64,000 nt of DNA from contig OZ240241.1 of NCBI GenBank assembly GCA_965198115.1, positions 3,520,001 to 3,584,000 of the forward strand. Reading direction: 5' to 3'. Each line of letters begins with the position of its first letter. The stretch's first letter is position 1. The DNA comes from Candidatus Latescibacterota bacterium. Lineage in GTDB: Bacteria; Latescibacterota; UBA2968. Under the pieces are notes generated by a model, which was given only the letters and a program-made list of their open reading frames with translations, was not told the origin of the DNA and did no database searches. Below are positions 10,755-21,863 of this stretch, in pieces. Both the position numbers and the translations under genes were made by a program.

Positions 10755-11840
10755 CTAAGTCAGCCACCAGTGCAGGAGGTTCGTCATATATCCTTCGTAC
10801 GCGTGGGAAGCCTGGATCAGCAGGCGTTCCGGTGCACCGGGGCTGTGCACCCGTAAATTGTTCGAGTACGCGCCGGCGCGCGCCTCCTGCATCCGCAGGT
10901 AGCGTCCTGAGTCCCAGTGGATGCCGTCGTCCGACGTATACAGTACGAAATGTCCGCTCCCTTCTCCCTGGGCTCCGCTCCGTCCGTGAAGGACGTATCC
11001 GCCTTTGAAGCGGGCCATCTGCGGATTTCGGATCTGCTTCTCGAAAAACGCGGTTTGCACGTCGCTCCAGGTGTAGCCGCCGTCGTGACTGATGACGTAG
11101 TCCAGGTGCTTTTCGTCGGCCTTGTTGTAGACGTAGGCGATCAGTCCGCCGTCTTGCAGAATCGACAGGGCGCCGTAGCCCCGACACTGGATCTCGAGCG
11201 GCAGCTTGCTCCGCAGGGCGAAGCTGCGGCCGTGATCGGTGCTTGCGTAGAGCCCGTAGAAGTGCTCGGGAAGGTTGCCGTACCAATGGATCGAGCTGTC
11301 GTTGCACAGCTCGAGAACCAGGATGCTGCCGTCGTGAACCATCGCATCCCAGATGCGGCCGGGTTGATCGCCCATCGGTTCCGCAGGTCCCCACGTACGG
11401 CCGTCATCCGTGCTGCGAAGACACGTGGGAACGTCCAGCGGCGCCCACGCCCACTTCTCTTCGGCCGTGTTCCCGCACTCCAGGTTGAACAGGACGACCG
11501 CCCCGTCGTCGGCTCGCACGGCATTCTCACACATGACGGACTTTCCAGCGTTCCTGTCGTAGACCGCCTTGGAGTAGGCAAGCACTTCGCCGGCGCTCCA
11601 GGTTCGTCCCCCGTCTTCGGAACGCCGGTATTCCATCCACCCGTCCCCCGTGTGTCCGTCGTTCCTATCCGAGCAGTTGGGGTAGAACGCCAGGATTTTC
11701 CCCGGAGCATATTCAACGAGCGCGTGGCCCAGGTGGCCACTACGGCCCGATCGGGCGTGGTCTACGAACATGATGCCGTCGTTGGGTGGATCCGGTGGCT
11801 CGATCTCGAATACGGTGCTGACCGTGGGGTTTTCGTCCAT
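10755..11840 (-). CDS. BNR/Asp-box beta-propeller, sialidase-like glycoside hydrolase
   Basis: Asp-boxes SEDGGRTW, STDDGRTW, STDHGRSF, SHDGGYTW and SDDGIHW. Confidence 0.8.
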   Translation of the reverse strand: MDENPTVSTVFEIEPPDPPNDGIMFVDHARSGRSGHLGHALVEYAPGKILAFYPNCSDRNDGHTGDGWMEYRRSEDGGRTWSAGEVLAYSKAVYDRNAGKSVMCENAVRADDGAVVLFNLECGNTAEEKWAWAPLDVPTCLRSTDDGRTWGPAEPMGDQPGRIWDAMVHDGSILVLELCNDSSIHWYGNLPEHFYGLYASTDHGRSFALRSKLPLEIQCRGYGALSILQDGGLIAYVYNKADEKHLDYVISHDGGYTWSDVQTAFFEKQIRNPQMARFKGGYVLHGRSGAQGEGSGHFVLYTSDDGIHWDSGRYLRMQEARAGAYSNNLRVHSPGAPERLLIQASHAYEGYMTNLLHWWLT

Positions 11841-12016
11841 GGCTGGGCTCGTCCTTTGGTTTTCCGCGAAGAGCAGTGGATAGCAAATGTGTCTTATGGA
11901 TGGTGTCGTGAGGGCGTGACCTGCGTCGCGGTTGGCGGTCCTGTCCTCTGACGCCTTTGCTGAACGAGCGCGATCTTCATCCGAGTTTCACCATTCCGCC
12001 GGTTCGTCGCCGAGAA

Positions 12017-14144
12017 CTATTGAAAGAGTTTCACGGCCCTGATCTTGTTGTTCCAGTGGTCGCTGACGAGCAGGACATCGTCGCCGTAAATGCGGAGAGA
12101 ATACGGGTAGTTGAGCCTGGCGGCAGTGGCGGGACCGCCGTCGCCGGAGTCGCCGCCGTCGTCACTGCCGGCGATGGTGCGCAGGACCCGATCCGGGCCC
12201 ACGGCACGCACCTGGAAATTCGCGGTGTCCGCCAGGTAAATGGTCTCGCCGTCCCGCGATACCTCGACACCGTGTGGCGAGCCGAGTCTGGCTTCTTCCG
12301 CGGGCGTGCCGTCCGGGGAGTGACCCGACTCGCCCTTGCCGACTACCGTGGTCACGGATGACACCTGTCTCGGCGTCGACGCGCCGCACAACGTTGCTGG
12401 CCATATCCGGGAAGTAGAGGTTGCCCTCGCCGTCGAAGCGGAGGGACATGGGCCTGCCGATGCGGGCGCTGGTCGCCGGGCCGCCGTCGCCGGTCAGGCC
12501 CACCAGTCCGTTGCCGACGACGGTCATGATAATGCCGGTTCTGGCATCCACCTTGCGGATTCGATGGGCTTCGGCGTCGGCGATGTACACGTCGCCGCTT
12601 GGCCCGTGCTCGACAGCGGTCGGATAGATCACGTTGGCGCTGATCGCCGGACCCCCGTCGCCCTTGTCCCACGGGAAAGCGGCGCCCGCGAAGTTGTGGA
12701 TGATTCCGTCTGTGTCGATCCGGCGCACGTGGCTGTGACGCGTGTCCGCCACGATGACGGTGCCGTCCCGCCCGACCGCGACGTCCCCCGGGTTGCCGAG
12801 AAAGGCTAGCGCGGCCGGGCCGCCGTCGCCGCCATAGGCCCGCGCCCCCTCGCCGGCAACGGTGCGAATCACCCCGGTGTCGGCGTCGATGGCGCGGACT
12901 CGCTGGTTCCAGCAATCGGCGAAATAGACATCTCCATCCTCTGCGATGGAGATGCCGTAGGGCCCTCGCAGAAACGCCTGCGTCGCGGGTTCGCCGTCAT
13001 GCACGGAGGTGCCCCCCAGGGCGGTCGTCACAACGCCGGTCTTCCCGTCGTACCTGCGCAGGCGGCCGGAGGAGTCGCCCCAGAATACAGTGCCGTCGGA
13101 ATCTGCCCACAGCCCGGCCTCGACTGAGTTGATGCGGCTGTCCGGGCCGGGCAGGCCCTCATCGCCCCAACCCGCCTGACCATTGCCCGCCAGGGTGGAA
13201 ACCAGGCCGGTATTGGCATCCAGGCGGCGCAGACGAAAACCGTACTTCTCGCCGACGTACATGTTGTCCTCGGCGTCGAAGCACAGAGCATCGGGCATCA
13301 GGATGGCGGCCTCAGTGCCGGCCTCGCCGTCACCGCTGGAGGCGCGCTGGCCGTTCCCGAGGACGGTGCTGACGATCCCCGTCTTCATGTCGATCTTGCG
13401 GATGCGGTCGTTGGAATTATCACAGACGTAGAGATCCCCCTTCGAGTCGAAGGCCAGGTGCTCGGGGTGGTGAAAGCCCGCTTTTTCCTTCGGACCGCCG
13501 TCGCCGGAGTACCCGCCGAGGCTCAGCCACGGACCAGAGAACGGTCTGCTGTTGCCGTTCTCCAGGTCGTAGTGGCGCGCCTCGGCCCCGGCGAAGTGCT
13601 CGATGATGCCGGTCGTGGCATCGATGCGGCGGATGACGTTCGACCACTCGCAGGAAAGAAAGACATTACCGTCGTCGTCGACGGCAATGCCCGAGTCATT
13701 GTCGATCTCGCACTCGAGAGCGGGTCCGCCGTTTCCGCCCCAGCCGACTTTACCGGAGCCGGCGACTCGCGTGATGACGCCGGAGACTGCGTCGATGCGA
13801 CGCACCGCGTGGTTTCCGAGGTCGGTGAGGTAGAGATTGTCGACCCTGTCTTTGGTCAAGTCGTGGGGGTCGTCGAGGCGGGCGTCTTTGGCGGGCCCGC
13901 CGTCGCCACGATCGCCCGGCACGCCGTCACCGGCGAAGGCGTGCAGGATGCCATCGGTATCGATGCGCCAGATGCGGTGCCCCCACATGTCGAGGACGAT
14001 CAGGTCGCCATTGGCTATGCGGACGACTCCCTGGGGTGTGCCCGCCGGGGCGTCGCGAGCAGGTACGCCGTCCATGTAGCCGACTCCAGCGACTGTGATA
14101 ATGATGCCGGGCTCGAGCACGGCGAGCTGCTCTTTCAGGCTCAT
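12017..14144 (-). CDS. NHL-repeat beta-propeller protein (frameshift ~12355)
   Basis: More than 10 repeats of T-V-A-G...GDGGPA...P..L..D..GN-LY-(I/F)-AD...RIRRID. The last repeats are in ORF 12017..12391. Confidence 0.85.
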
Positions 14145-14785
14145 TCGAGTCGTTTTCTCAAGATCATGTTGCGTTCACGATGCGTGTAGAGTCCTATTAT
14201 AGGGGCGGTAGGCAGCGAGGTGCAACGAGCTCGGGGCCTGTTGCAATCATCCCTCCTTTCTGGTACAGCGGATAGGACGAATAAACGGTGTGTTTGGCGC
14301 CGGTGCGAGGTCCGTGGCGGTCCAGCGATGCGCCTGAGGCCTGTCCGGCGGGGTATCGCGTGCCGATAGCTCTACTCCTTGGTGAAGTATCGCGGCTCCG
14401 ACCGGGCGCGTGAGCTGGCCGAGGCCAGTATCCAGAGTGATCTTCGACTACTGGGTGCCGACCGAGCAGTGGGAGTTGGAGCGCATCGAAAAGGACCTGC
14501 CGGTCAAGATCATGCGAGAAGGGTACTGACCTACATCCAGCGTCTGGCCCGCTCCATAGGGCCGCTGGTGCTAAAGAAGAAGGCCATACGCGAGTTTTCA
14601 CAGAGGACGGTTCGTTCTCGACGGAGCTCTTCGGGACCCACGCCCATTCCACCACCTGCGTTATGTCGTCATGGCGCACCACGGAGACGCGCGCCCGCTT
14701 CCGGGGCGACCAGGTCATCGCCATGGTGAACTTCGGGACCGACCTGACCTTCTTCGACCCGATCGACTAGCTGGAGACCGAAGCT

Positions 14786-15892
14786 CTAAGTCATGCCCTC
14801 GACCCAGTGGCGGAAGAGGCGCTGGACGTCCTCGGGCAACGAGTCGAACACGTCGCGGGGGACCGGCATCTGCATATTACGTTCCTTCGTGCCGTCCTCC
14901 GCGGTCATGTACTCCCGCTCCGGCCGGCCGGGTAGTATGACGTTGAGGTTCAGCCACCAAGGCGCGTAGCGGACGGTTACGCCGACCCTGATTTCGTCGG
15001 TCTTGTTCACTGGCAAACAGATCCCGCGGGAGCCGTGACCTGTATGTCTCCTGGGATCGGTGCTGAGACTACAATCCCATCAGCCGGTCCCCGGGGATTT
15101 CGGGGGTCCCTATGTGACCCAGGCACAACCCACGTGCCTCCCGAATCTTCGTCCACATCGGTGAGGTACCAGATCATCACGAGACACATCGTCACGTCCG
15201 GGAAGGGCTGGCGGACGCACCCCGCGTTCGTCTCCCCCGTAGGCCGCCAGGTCGTGGGGCCAGTCTGTGTGCCATCTGCGGGTGTTGGCCCTCCCATCAA
15301 ACTTGACCGACCCGAATCCGCCACTTGTGCCGTCGGAACTTTCGGATTCGATAATCCGTGGGTGCAACTGAGCGATGCGCAGGTGATCGTCAAGGACGCG
15401 ATGGGCGATCGCCGTGATGACTGGATTGGCCAAATGTCGCGCGTATCGTGGCATCCAGATGATGTCGTTAGGCGGCTTGGGTGGAAGCCCTACCCCACGC
15501 ACGGGTCGTAGCTCAAGGCCGTTTTCCCTCCCCGCCTCAAGAAGCGCTTGGCCTTCCAAGCCCTTCTGCTCTGACAGATCCTCGATGGCCTGGATGTTCC
15601 TGGCCGAGATGGCCTGCGCAGCCACGATTTCGTCGCGGATGGCATCTACTTCATTCTCAGGGATGACGTTGTCGACGACACAGAAACCGAACCGGCTTAG
15701 CGAATCGGCACAGCCCTCAATCGTCGTGACTTCAACTGGATCCGCGCTGGCGCTGAAGGAGTAGGCACGTTCACGTTTGAGTTCCGCCGTGAAAACTTCG
15801 GGGTCGTGGGTTGCCAGGGCGAGTTGATCGCGAGTCCTTTTAAGCTGTTGCTCGAGACGAGCGGCTTTGGCGTGAAGTTGGTTGACGTTCAC
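14786..15892 (-). CDS. phytanoyl-CoA dioxygenase (PhyH) family Fe(II)/2OG oxygenase, frameshifts ~15235 and ~15015
   Basis: FGFCVVDNVIP, WHTDWPH, IWYLTDV...GGTWVVPGSH, APAGSV and VRYAPWWL motifs across three frames. Confidence 0.8.
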
Positions 15893-16122
15893 AATGGGGC
15901 CTCAATTCAGGTGGTGCTGATCGATCGGGCGGCAGACTGTTCAAGTGACATGTGGCTTGGCCAGACGATTCCTGTAGCCCGTTTCACGCGGCAGCCTTGA
16001 TCAAGTTTAAGCTCGATTCGGACAATTGGGAGGGTGCTTTGTTCGGCGACTCCCCTCGGGAGCCGAACCCCCGTATCGTCTGGATCCGTTTTGGAAGTAA
16101 TCTTGAAGCAGAAGATACGAAA

Positions 16123-16154
16123 GAGGGGTTACGCCAAGAATGACGTAACCCCTT
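16123..16154 (-). terminator. hairpin immediately downstream of tRNA-Leu
   Basis: AGGGGTTACG-loop-CGTAACCCCT inverted repeat. Confidence 0.6.
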
Positions 16155-16162
16155 GTTCTATT

Positions 16163-16249
16163 TGGTGCCGAAGAGGAGACTCGAACTCCTACGGGCTGAC
16201 GCCCACTACGCCCTCAACGTAGCGTGTCTACCAATTCCACCACTTCGGC
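16163..16249 (-). tRNA. tRNA-Leu(GAG)
   Basis: GCCGAAGTGGTGGAATTGGTAGACACGCTACGTT-GAG-GGCGTAG, long variable arm, GTTCGAGTC T-loop and CCA end. Classic position after secG. Confidence 0.97.
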
Positions 16250-16254
16250 AAAAT

Positions 16255-16641
16255 TCAGTTCGTCGAATCGGTCGAGGCCGGCGCAACATCCGTCGTCGTG
16301 CGCGACTCGATGGGCAGTGGCGATGCAGGCGGGCTGAGAGGCACCGGCGCGCCTTGCTGCTGCAACATCCTTTCCGCTGCCGTCTCGGGTGCCGAGTCAG
16401 TCGTGCGTGCCGTGTACCAGAGCCCGATACACGTGGCAAAGAAGAAAACGGCCGTGTAGGTCGTGACCTTCGTCAGAAATGTCGCGGCCCCTCCCCCACC
16501 AAACAGCTGACTGCCTCCACCACCGCCCATACCGCCGAACGCGCCACCGGCGAGACCACCACCGCGGCCGGCCTGCATGAGGATCGACACGATCATGACG
16601 ATACAGACCAGAATGTGAATACCGAGAAGAACGTAATACAT
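16255..16641 (-). CDS. secG: preprotein translocase subunit SecG
   Basis: ILMQAGRGGGL...FGGGG...FLTKVT with two TM helices. Lies between tpiA and tRNA-Leu. Confidence 0.93.
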   Translation of the reverse strand: MYYVLLGIHILVCIVMIVSILMQAGRGGGLAGGAFGGMGGGGGSQLFGGGGAATFLTKVTTYTAVFFFATCIGLWYTARTTDSAPETAAERMLQQQGAPVPLSPPASPLPIESRTTTDVAPASTDSTN

Positions 16642-16654
16642 ATTGAAGGTTGCC

Positions 16655-17419
16655 TCAGGACTGTGCTGCTTTGACGATGGCCGCGAACGAATCGGCTTCG
16701 AGCGACGCACCGCCGATCAGACCACCATCGATGTTGCGTCTCGAGAAAAGGTCTACCGCGTTGTCGGGTTTAACGGAGCCTCCGTATTGGATGCGCACAC
16801 CATCTGCCGTTGAAGGACCCGCCAGACCGATCAATTCCTCGCGAATGTGCGCGTGAACGTCCTCGGCCTGATCGGGAGTAGCCATCAGCCCTGTACCGAT
16901 CGCCCAGACCGGCTCGTAAGCCATCACCAGCTTCGCGATGTCACTCGCCCCGAACCCGTCGAGCGCGCCCTTGACCTGCGCACTCACGACACCCGTTGTC
17001 GCGCCGGCCTCTCGTTGACTCTGCGACTCACCGACACAAACAATCGGCGTCAGGCCGGCCTCCAGGGCCGCTCGCAAACGCCGATTCACTGTTTCGTCCG
17101 TTTCGCCAAAGAACTGCCGACGCTCGGAATGACCTAATATAACGTGGCTGCACCCGGCGGTCAACAACATGGCCGTCGAGACCTCGCCCGTGAAGGCACC
17201 TTCGCGCTCCCAATGGACGTTTTGACCACCCACTTTCACGTTGGACCCTGCGATCGCTTTCGAAACCCGATCGAGACCCGTAGAGGTCGGACAGATGACG
17301 ACATCGACCTCACGCACCCCATCCACCGCATCGACAACACCCTTCGCGAGCGCTTCAGACTCGTCGACCGTCTTGTTCATCTTCCAGTTTCCGGCTACGA
17401 TCGGTCGGCGATCACTCAT
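16655..17419 (-). CDS. tpiA: triose-phosphate isomerase
   Basis: AGNWKMN, GHSERR, AYEPVWAIGTG and YGGSV motifs. Confidence 0.98.
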   Translation of the reverse strand: MSDRRPIVAGNWKMNKTVDESEALAKGVVDAVDGVREVDVVICPTSTGLDRVSKAIAGSNVKVGGQNVHWEREGAFTGEVSTAMLLTAGCSHVILGHSERRQFFGETDETVNRRLRAALEAGLTPIVCVGESQSQREAGATTGVVSAQVKGALDGFGASDIAKLVMAYEPVWAIGTGLMATPDQAEDVHAHIREELIGLAGPSTADGVRIQYGGSVKPDNAVDLFSRRNIDGGLIGGASLEADSFAAIVKAAQS

Positions 17420-17520
17420 GCGAAACCTCGAAGGCACGGAAGAAGTGGGAAGGGAGTAGGCAGAAGGGGTTTCTGGTCAATGGTCATTGCCGCCTCATCG
17501 CTACCGCAGGCACGCGGCCC

Positions 17521-18714
17521 CTAACCATCCGAAAGTGCGGCAACCCCCGGCAACGTCTTGCCTTCCAAAAACTCCAGGGAAGCTCCGCCGCCCGTCGACA
17601 CGTGGCTGATCCGATCTTGGAGACCCAGTTGGACCACGGCCGCCGCCGTTTCCCCACCGCCGATGACAGTCGTCGCTCCGCCGTCGGTGACTTCAGCCAT
17701 TGCGCTGGCGATAGCCGCCGTTCCTGCCGCAAACGGTTTCATCTCGAAGACGCCCATCGGGCCATTCCAAACGACGGTCCGAGCCTTCGTAATTTGGCCC
17801 GCGAAACGGCTGCGCGTCTCAGGTCCGATGTCAACAGCCACTTGGTTGGGACCGATCGATGCTTGATCGACCACGGAAGTTTCCACCTCCACCGACAACT
17901 CTGACGCAACAACGTTGTCGACGGGCAATTCCAGAGCAATCCCATCGCTTTCCGCGCGGCCGAGAATCTCCTCTGCCACACCCATCCGATCTTCTTCCAA
18001 TAAGGAACGCCCGATCTCCAGACCCATTACCTTGTAGAAGGTGTATGCCATGCCGCCCCCGATCAGGAGCGCGTCGACCTTCGACATCAGATGGGTGATG
18101 ACATCGATCTTACCCGATATCTTCGCTCCCCCAAGCACCGCTACGAAGGGTCTCTCGGGCTCTGCCAGGGCCTTCCCCAGGTAGTCCAGCTCCTTCTCCA
18201 TCAGCAATCCGGCCGCGCACGTCGCAAAGTGATGCGTCAGCCCTTCTGTCGATGCGTGAGCCCTGTGGGCGGTTCCGAACGCGTCGTTTACGAACACATC
18301 GCCCAGCGCAGCGAACTGCGTGGCAAACACGGGATCGTTCTCTTCCTCTTCGGGATGGAACCGAAGGTTTTCGAGCAGCACCACTTCGTCGACCGCCTGG
18401 CCCTTGACCGCCGCCGTGGCGACGTCACCCACGCACGCCGGAACGAATCGGACTTTCTCGTCGAGGAAGCCGTCCAGTGCTTCGGCGACGGGCTCGAGCG
18501 AAAGCTCGGCCACGTGCTCACCACCGGGCCTTCCCAGATGTGAGATCAGGACGGGCCGACCACCGTGATCGAGAATGTGTTTGATCGTTGGAAGCGATGC
18601 GCGGAGCCGGGTGTCATCCTGCACGACACCGTCGTCCAGCGGAACGTTGAAATCCACCCGCACGAGGACTTGCACGTCCTCCAGGTCGACGTCTCTGATC
18701 GACAGCTTGGCCAC
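17521..18714 (-). CDS. pgk: phosphoglycerate kinase
   Basis: [25 protein letters not shown] and STGGGASLE motifs. Confidence 0.98.
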   Translation of the reverse strand: MAKLSIRDVDLEDVQVLVRVDFNVPLDDGVVQDDTRLRASLPTIKHILDHGGRPVLISHLGRPGGEHVAELSLEPVAEALDGFLDEKVRFVPACVGDVATAAVKGQAVDEVVLLENLRFHPEEEENDPVFATQFAALGDVFVNDAFGTAHRAHASTEGLTHHFATCAAGLLMEKELDYLGKALAEPERPFVAVLGGAKISGKIDVITHLMSKVDALLIGGGMAYTFYKVMGLEIGRSLLEEDRMGVAEEILGRAESDGIALELPVDNVVASELSVEVETSVVDQASIGPNQVAVDIGPETRSRFAGQITKARTVVWNGPMGVFEMKPFAAGTAAIASAMAEVTDGGATTVIGGGETAAAVVQLGLQDRISHVSTGGGASLEFLEGKTLPGVAALSDG

Positions 18715-18730
18715 GGCTCAGCGACGCTCT

Positions 18731-19722
18731 CTATGCGATTCTCTTGGCCAGATCGACGCAACGATTGGAGTAGCCCCACTCGTTGTCGTACCAGCCGCAG
18801 ACCTGGACCATGTTACCCTGTACCACGTTCGTGGTCAGGCTGTCGAAGATGCAGGAGTAGGCATTACCTACGATGTCGGCAGAGACGATCGGGTCTTCGG
18901 TGTATTCCAGAATGCCCTTCAGATCCCCGTTGGCGTTGGCCTGGAAGGCAGTGTTGATCTCCTCGACCGTGGTCGACTTTTTCAACGTCGCGACGAATTC
19001 CGTAAACGAACCATCGGGCGTCGGAACACGGACGGCCATGCCGTCGAGCTTTCCGTTCAATTCGGGAATGACCTTGCCGACCGCGCTTGCGGCCCCGGTC
19101 GTGGTCGGAATCATCGACAGGGCCGCCGATCGGGCCCGACGAAGATCGGGGTGTGGCGCATCCAGAATCCGTTGGTCACCCGTGTAGGCGTGGGGATGGT
19201 CGTCATCAACCCCCGCTCTACACCGAACGCGTCGTTCAGCGTCTTGACCATCGGAGCGAGGCAGTTGGTCGTACAGGACGCGTTTGAGATCACGCGATCG
19301 TCGTCCGTCAACGTATCGTCGTTGATTCCCATCACCACCGTCGGGAGATCACCCTTCCCCGGCGCGGAAATGATCACGCGCTTTGCGCCGCCCTTCAGAT
19401 GTTGTGCGGCGCCTTCCTTGTCCGTGAAGAAGCCTGTCGCTTCGATCACGATGTCTGCGCCATCTTCGGACCAGGGAAGCTTGGAAGGATCGCGTTCCGA
19501 ATGGACCGTGAGCGTCCTGCCGTCGACGACGAGTGCGTGTTCTTTGTGCTCGACCTTACCCGGATACCGGCCGTGCGTGGAGTCGTATTTGAGCAGGTGG
19601 GCGAGTGTCGGTGCGTCTGTCAGATCGTTCACTGCGACGACATCCACACCACTTTGCGCCGCCGCCCTGAAAACCAGACGGCCTATACGACCGAATCCAT
19701 TGATCCCGATCCTGACTACCAT
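18731..19722 (-). CDS. gap: type I glyceraldehyde-3-phosphate dehydrogenase (apparent +2 C homopolymer error at ~19192)
   Basis: GINGFGRIGR, SNASCTTNCL and WYDNEWGYS motifs. Removing two Cs restores TTIHAYTGDQRILD. Confidence 0.95.
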
Positions 19723-19777
19723 CTCCCTCCTCCTCCGTAACGCACGCCCGTCATCACCTCACCCAATCGAACAGAAC

Positions 19778-20812
19778 CTACCCAAAGAATACCTTGGCGA
19801 TCTCATAAAGGTCCATATCCACCGTACGATTGTTTACTGCATCGCGAATGTCGACTGCCACGATCTCAGTCCCACGGAGCGCCACCATCTTCCCGAACTC
19901 ACTCTGGCCGACCAGGTCGATTGCCGCGATCCCGAATCGTGTACCCAGCACGCGATCGAAGGCAGTTGGACTTCCGCCGCGCTGGACGTGTCCGAGTACT
20001 GTGACGCGTGTTTCATAGCCTGTTCGTTCCTCGATCTGCTCGCCAAGCACGTTCCCTATTCCGCCGAGCCGCACGTGACCGAAAGCGTCCTTGTCTTCCG
20101 ACTGCAACACCATGCTGTCGTCAGCGAGTTTGGCGCCCTCCGCGACAACCACGATGCTGAACGTTTTACCTCTTTCGTGGCGCAGGCGGATGACGTCACA
20201 AACTTCCTCCAGCCGGAAGGGGGCCTCTGGGATAAGCACGACGTCGGCCCCTCCTGCGATCCCTGATTCGACAGCGATCCAGCCGGCGTGGCGTCCCATC
20301 ACTTCGCAAACAATCACACGGTTGTGAGACTCGGCCGTCGTGTGAAGCCGGTCGAGAGCCTCCATCACAATGTTGATGGCCGTGTCGAACCCGAACGTCT
20401 GGTCCGTGCCGTCCAGATCGTTGTCGATGGTCTTCGGGATACCCACAACCTTGACGCCTTCTTCGGACAGCTTTGCGGCGACGCCGATCGTGTCATCACC
20501 TCCGACGGCGATCAGGGCATCCAGCTCCAAACGAGCCATGTTGTCTTTAACGACAATCGCGCCATTCTCCTCGCTGAAGGGATTCGTCCGCGACGTACCC
20601 AGGATTGTACCCCCTTTGGGCAGAATCCCTGAGACTTCCTTGAGGTCGAGCGGTCTGTAGAGCCGCTCCATCATCCCCCGCCAACCTTCCATGACACCGA
20701 TGATCTCCATCCCATACACGTCGATTCCCTTACGGACGACTGCACGAATCACCGCATTGAGGCCAGGACAATCTCCTCCGCCGGTCAGAATCCCTACGCG
20801 TTGAACGGCCAT
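19778..20812 (-). CDS. pfkA: 6-phosphofructokinase (PfkA family, GGDD/PKTIDND type)
   Basis: LTGGGDCPGLN, GGDDT, PKTIDND, EVMGRHAGW and LGHVQRGG motifs. Confidence 0.95.
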   Translation of the reverse strand: MAVQRVGILTGGGDCPGLNAVIRAVVRKGIDVYGMEIIGVMEGWRGMMERLYRPLDLKEVSGILPKGGTILGTSRTNPFSEENGAIVVKDNMARLELDALIAVGGDDTIGVAAKLSEEGVKVVGIPKTIDNDLDGTDQTFGFDTAINIVMEALDRLHTTAESHNRVIVCEVMGRHAGWIAVESGIAGGADVVLIPEAPFRLEEVCDVIRLRHERGKTFSIVVVAEGAKLADDSMVLQSEDKDAFGHVRLGGIGNVLGEQIEERTGYETRVTVLGHVQRGGSPTAFDRVLGTRFGIAAIDLVGQSEFGKMVALRGTEIVAVDIRDAVNNRTVDMDLYEIAKVFFG

Positions 20813-20898
20813 AAATACCTCTCAATTTATTTATACGCAGGATTATCCCACCTTATACTCATGTAGGACGATTCCTGCTTTCCGCGCAGCGGCCAAGA

Positions 20899-20927
20899 AA
20901 TGTATACACCGGCCGATGACCTGTCAA
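20899..20927 (-). promoter_or_regulatory. sigma70-like promoter of the pfk-gap-pgk-tpi-secG operon
   Basis: TTGACA-17 bp-TACATT on the minus strand. Confidence 0.65.
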
Positions 20928-21031
20928 GCCGACCCTCTCGCCCCAAGATACCCAACGTGCTGTTTCCCAAGCACTTTCGTCGACTCGGGCAAGATTGAGA
21001 GGCGTGTCGGACTCCACAGCGCGGGGGCCCG

Positions 21032-21848
21032 CTATGGCTGACACGAAACGCCCGATGGCCCCGATCCAATGGCAATGCTGGCATCGTGTGGGCTGGCCAG
21101 GGCCACCACGTCAACCGACGCGGCCCCTGCCGCCATCAGGGCATCTGCACACGCATTCACGGTCGCGCCCGTCGTCACCACATCATCCACGAGCCAGATT
21201 CTTGCCCCGTTGACCGTCGGCCGCGACACGAACGCCCCCACCACGTTTTCGCGTCTCGCCTCACGATCGAGTGCCGTCTGCGACGGCGTGGCTCGAGTCC
21301 GCTTCAAATCCTTCTCAGCAAGGCGTCCGAAACCTGCTCGGACGAGCGTACGAGCGATCAACGCACTCTGATTGTAGCCCCGTTCGCGTTCTCGGCTGCT
21401 ATGGAGCGGAACGGGGATCAGAAATCGGTCCGGATCGGGGGCGGACATTCAAAGATGCGAGGCGCTTTTGTAGCCCAGTGCCGAGCACACGAGCAACGGA
21501 TGTCCGGCCACGGTATTTCAAGTCGTGCAGAAGCCGCTGAATGTCCTCAGAAAACGAACTCGCCACGATCAGCCGTGAGAAGCGAAACGTCTTGTCCGCA
21601 CAATTGTAACAATCCGCAACACCGTTAACGCCGGGACAGCTGCATCGCGGACACCCCTGCTCGGCGATCAGATTCAGTCCCGGTAAGCAGGAATCGCAGA
21701 CCAGAAGGGGAGTTCGATCGATTCCTGCGCCACACAAGTGGCAGGCGGGTGGAAACAGAAACGCATCCAGCGCCTCGAAAATCGCCCCAAAACAGGAAAA
21801 AACCGCGACGTGATCTGGCTCACTCACCTTTTGCACACGGGAATGCAT
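21032..21848 (-). CDS. comF: ComF family phosphoribosyltransferase-like protein (frameshift ~21435)
   Basis: N-terminal double zinc ribbon (CHLC, CDSC, CPRC, CYNC) plus PVPLH...RGYNQS and LVDDVVTTGAT motifs. Start uncertain. Confidence 0.88.
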
Positions 21849-21863
21849 GTTTAGTCCAGGAAA

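Noticed and set aside
12017-14144. Periodic DNA similarity as a CRISPR or other non-coding array
   Set aside because: The periodicity is explained by degenerate NHL protein repeats. There are no identical repeats with unique spacers anywhere in the window.
14190-14775. Gene-like fragments between the NHL and PhyH genes
   Set aside because: Only disjoint short coding-like pieces (e.g. ...FRGDQVIAMVNFGTDLTFFDPID). Probably a collapsed pseudogene that I cannot assign.
18731-19722. gap as a true pseudogene
   Set aside because: A single homopolymer-run indel with all catalytic motifs intact, so sequencing error is more likely.
18575-20266. 563-aa plus-strand ORF and similar long antisense ORFs (e.g. 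10917..11951, 43203..44270, 45131..46162, 50980..51843)
   Set aside because: Shadows of well-supported opposite-strand genes in high-GC DNA, with no motifs of their own.
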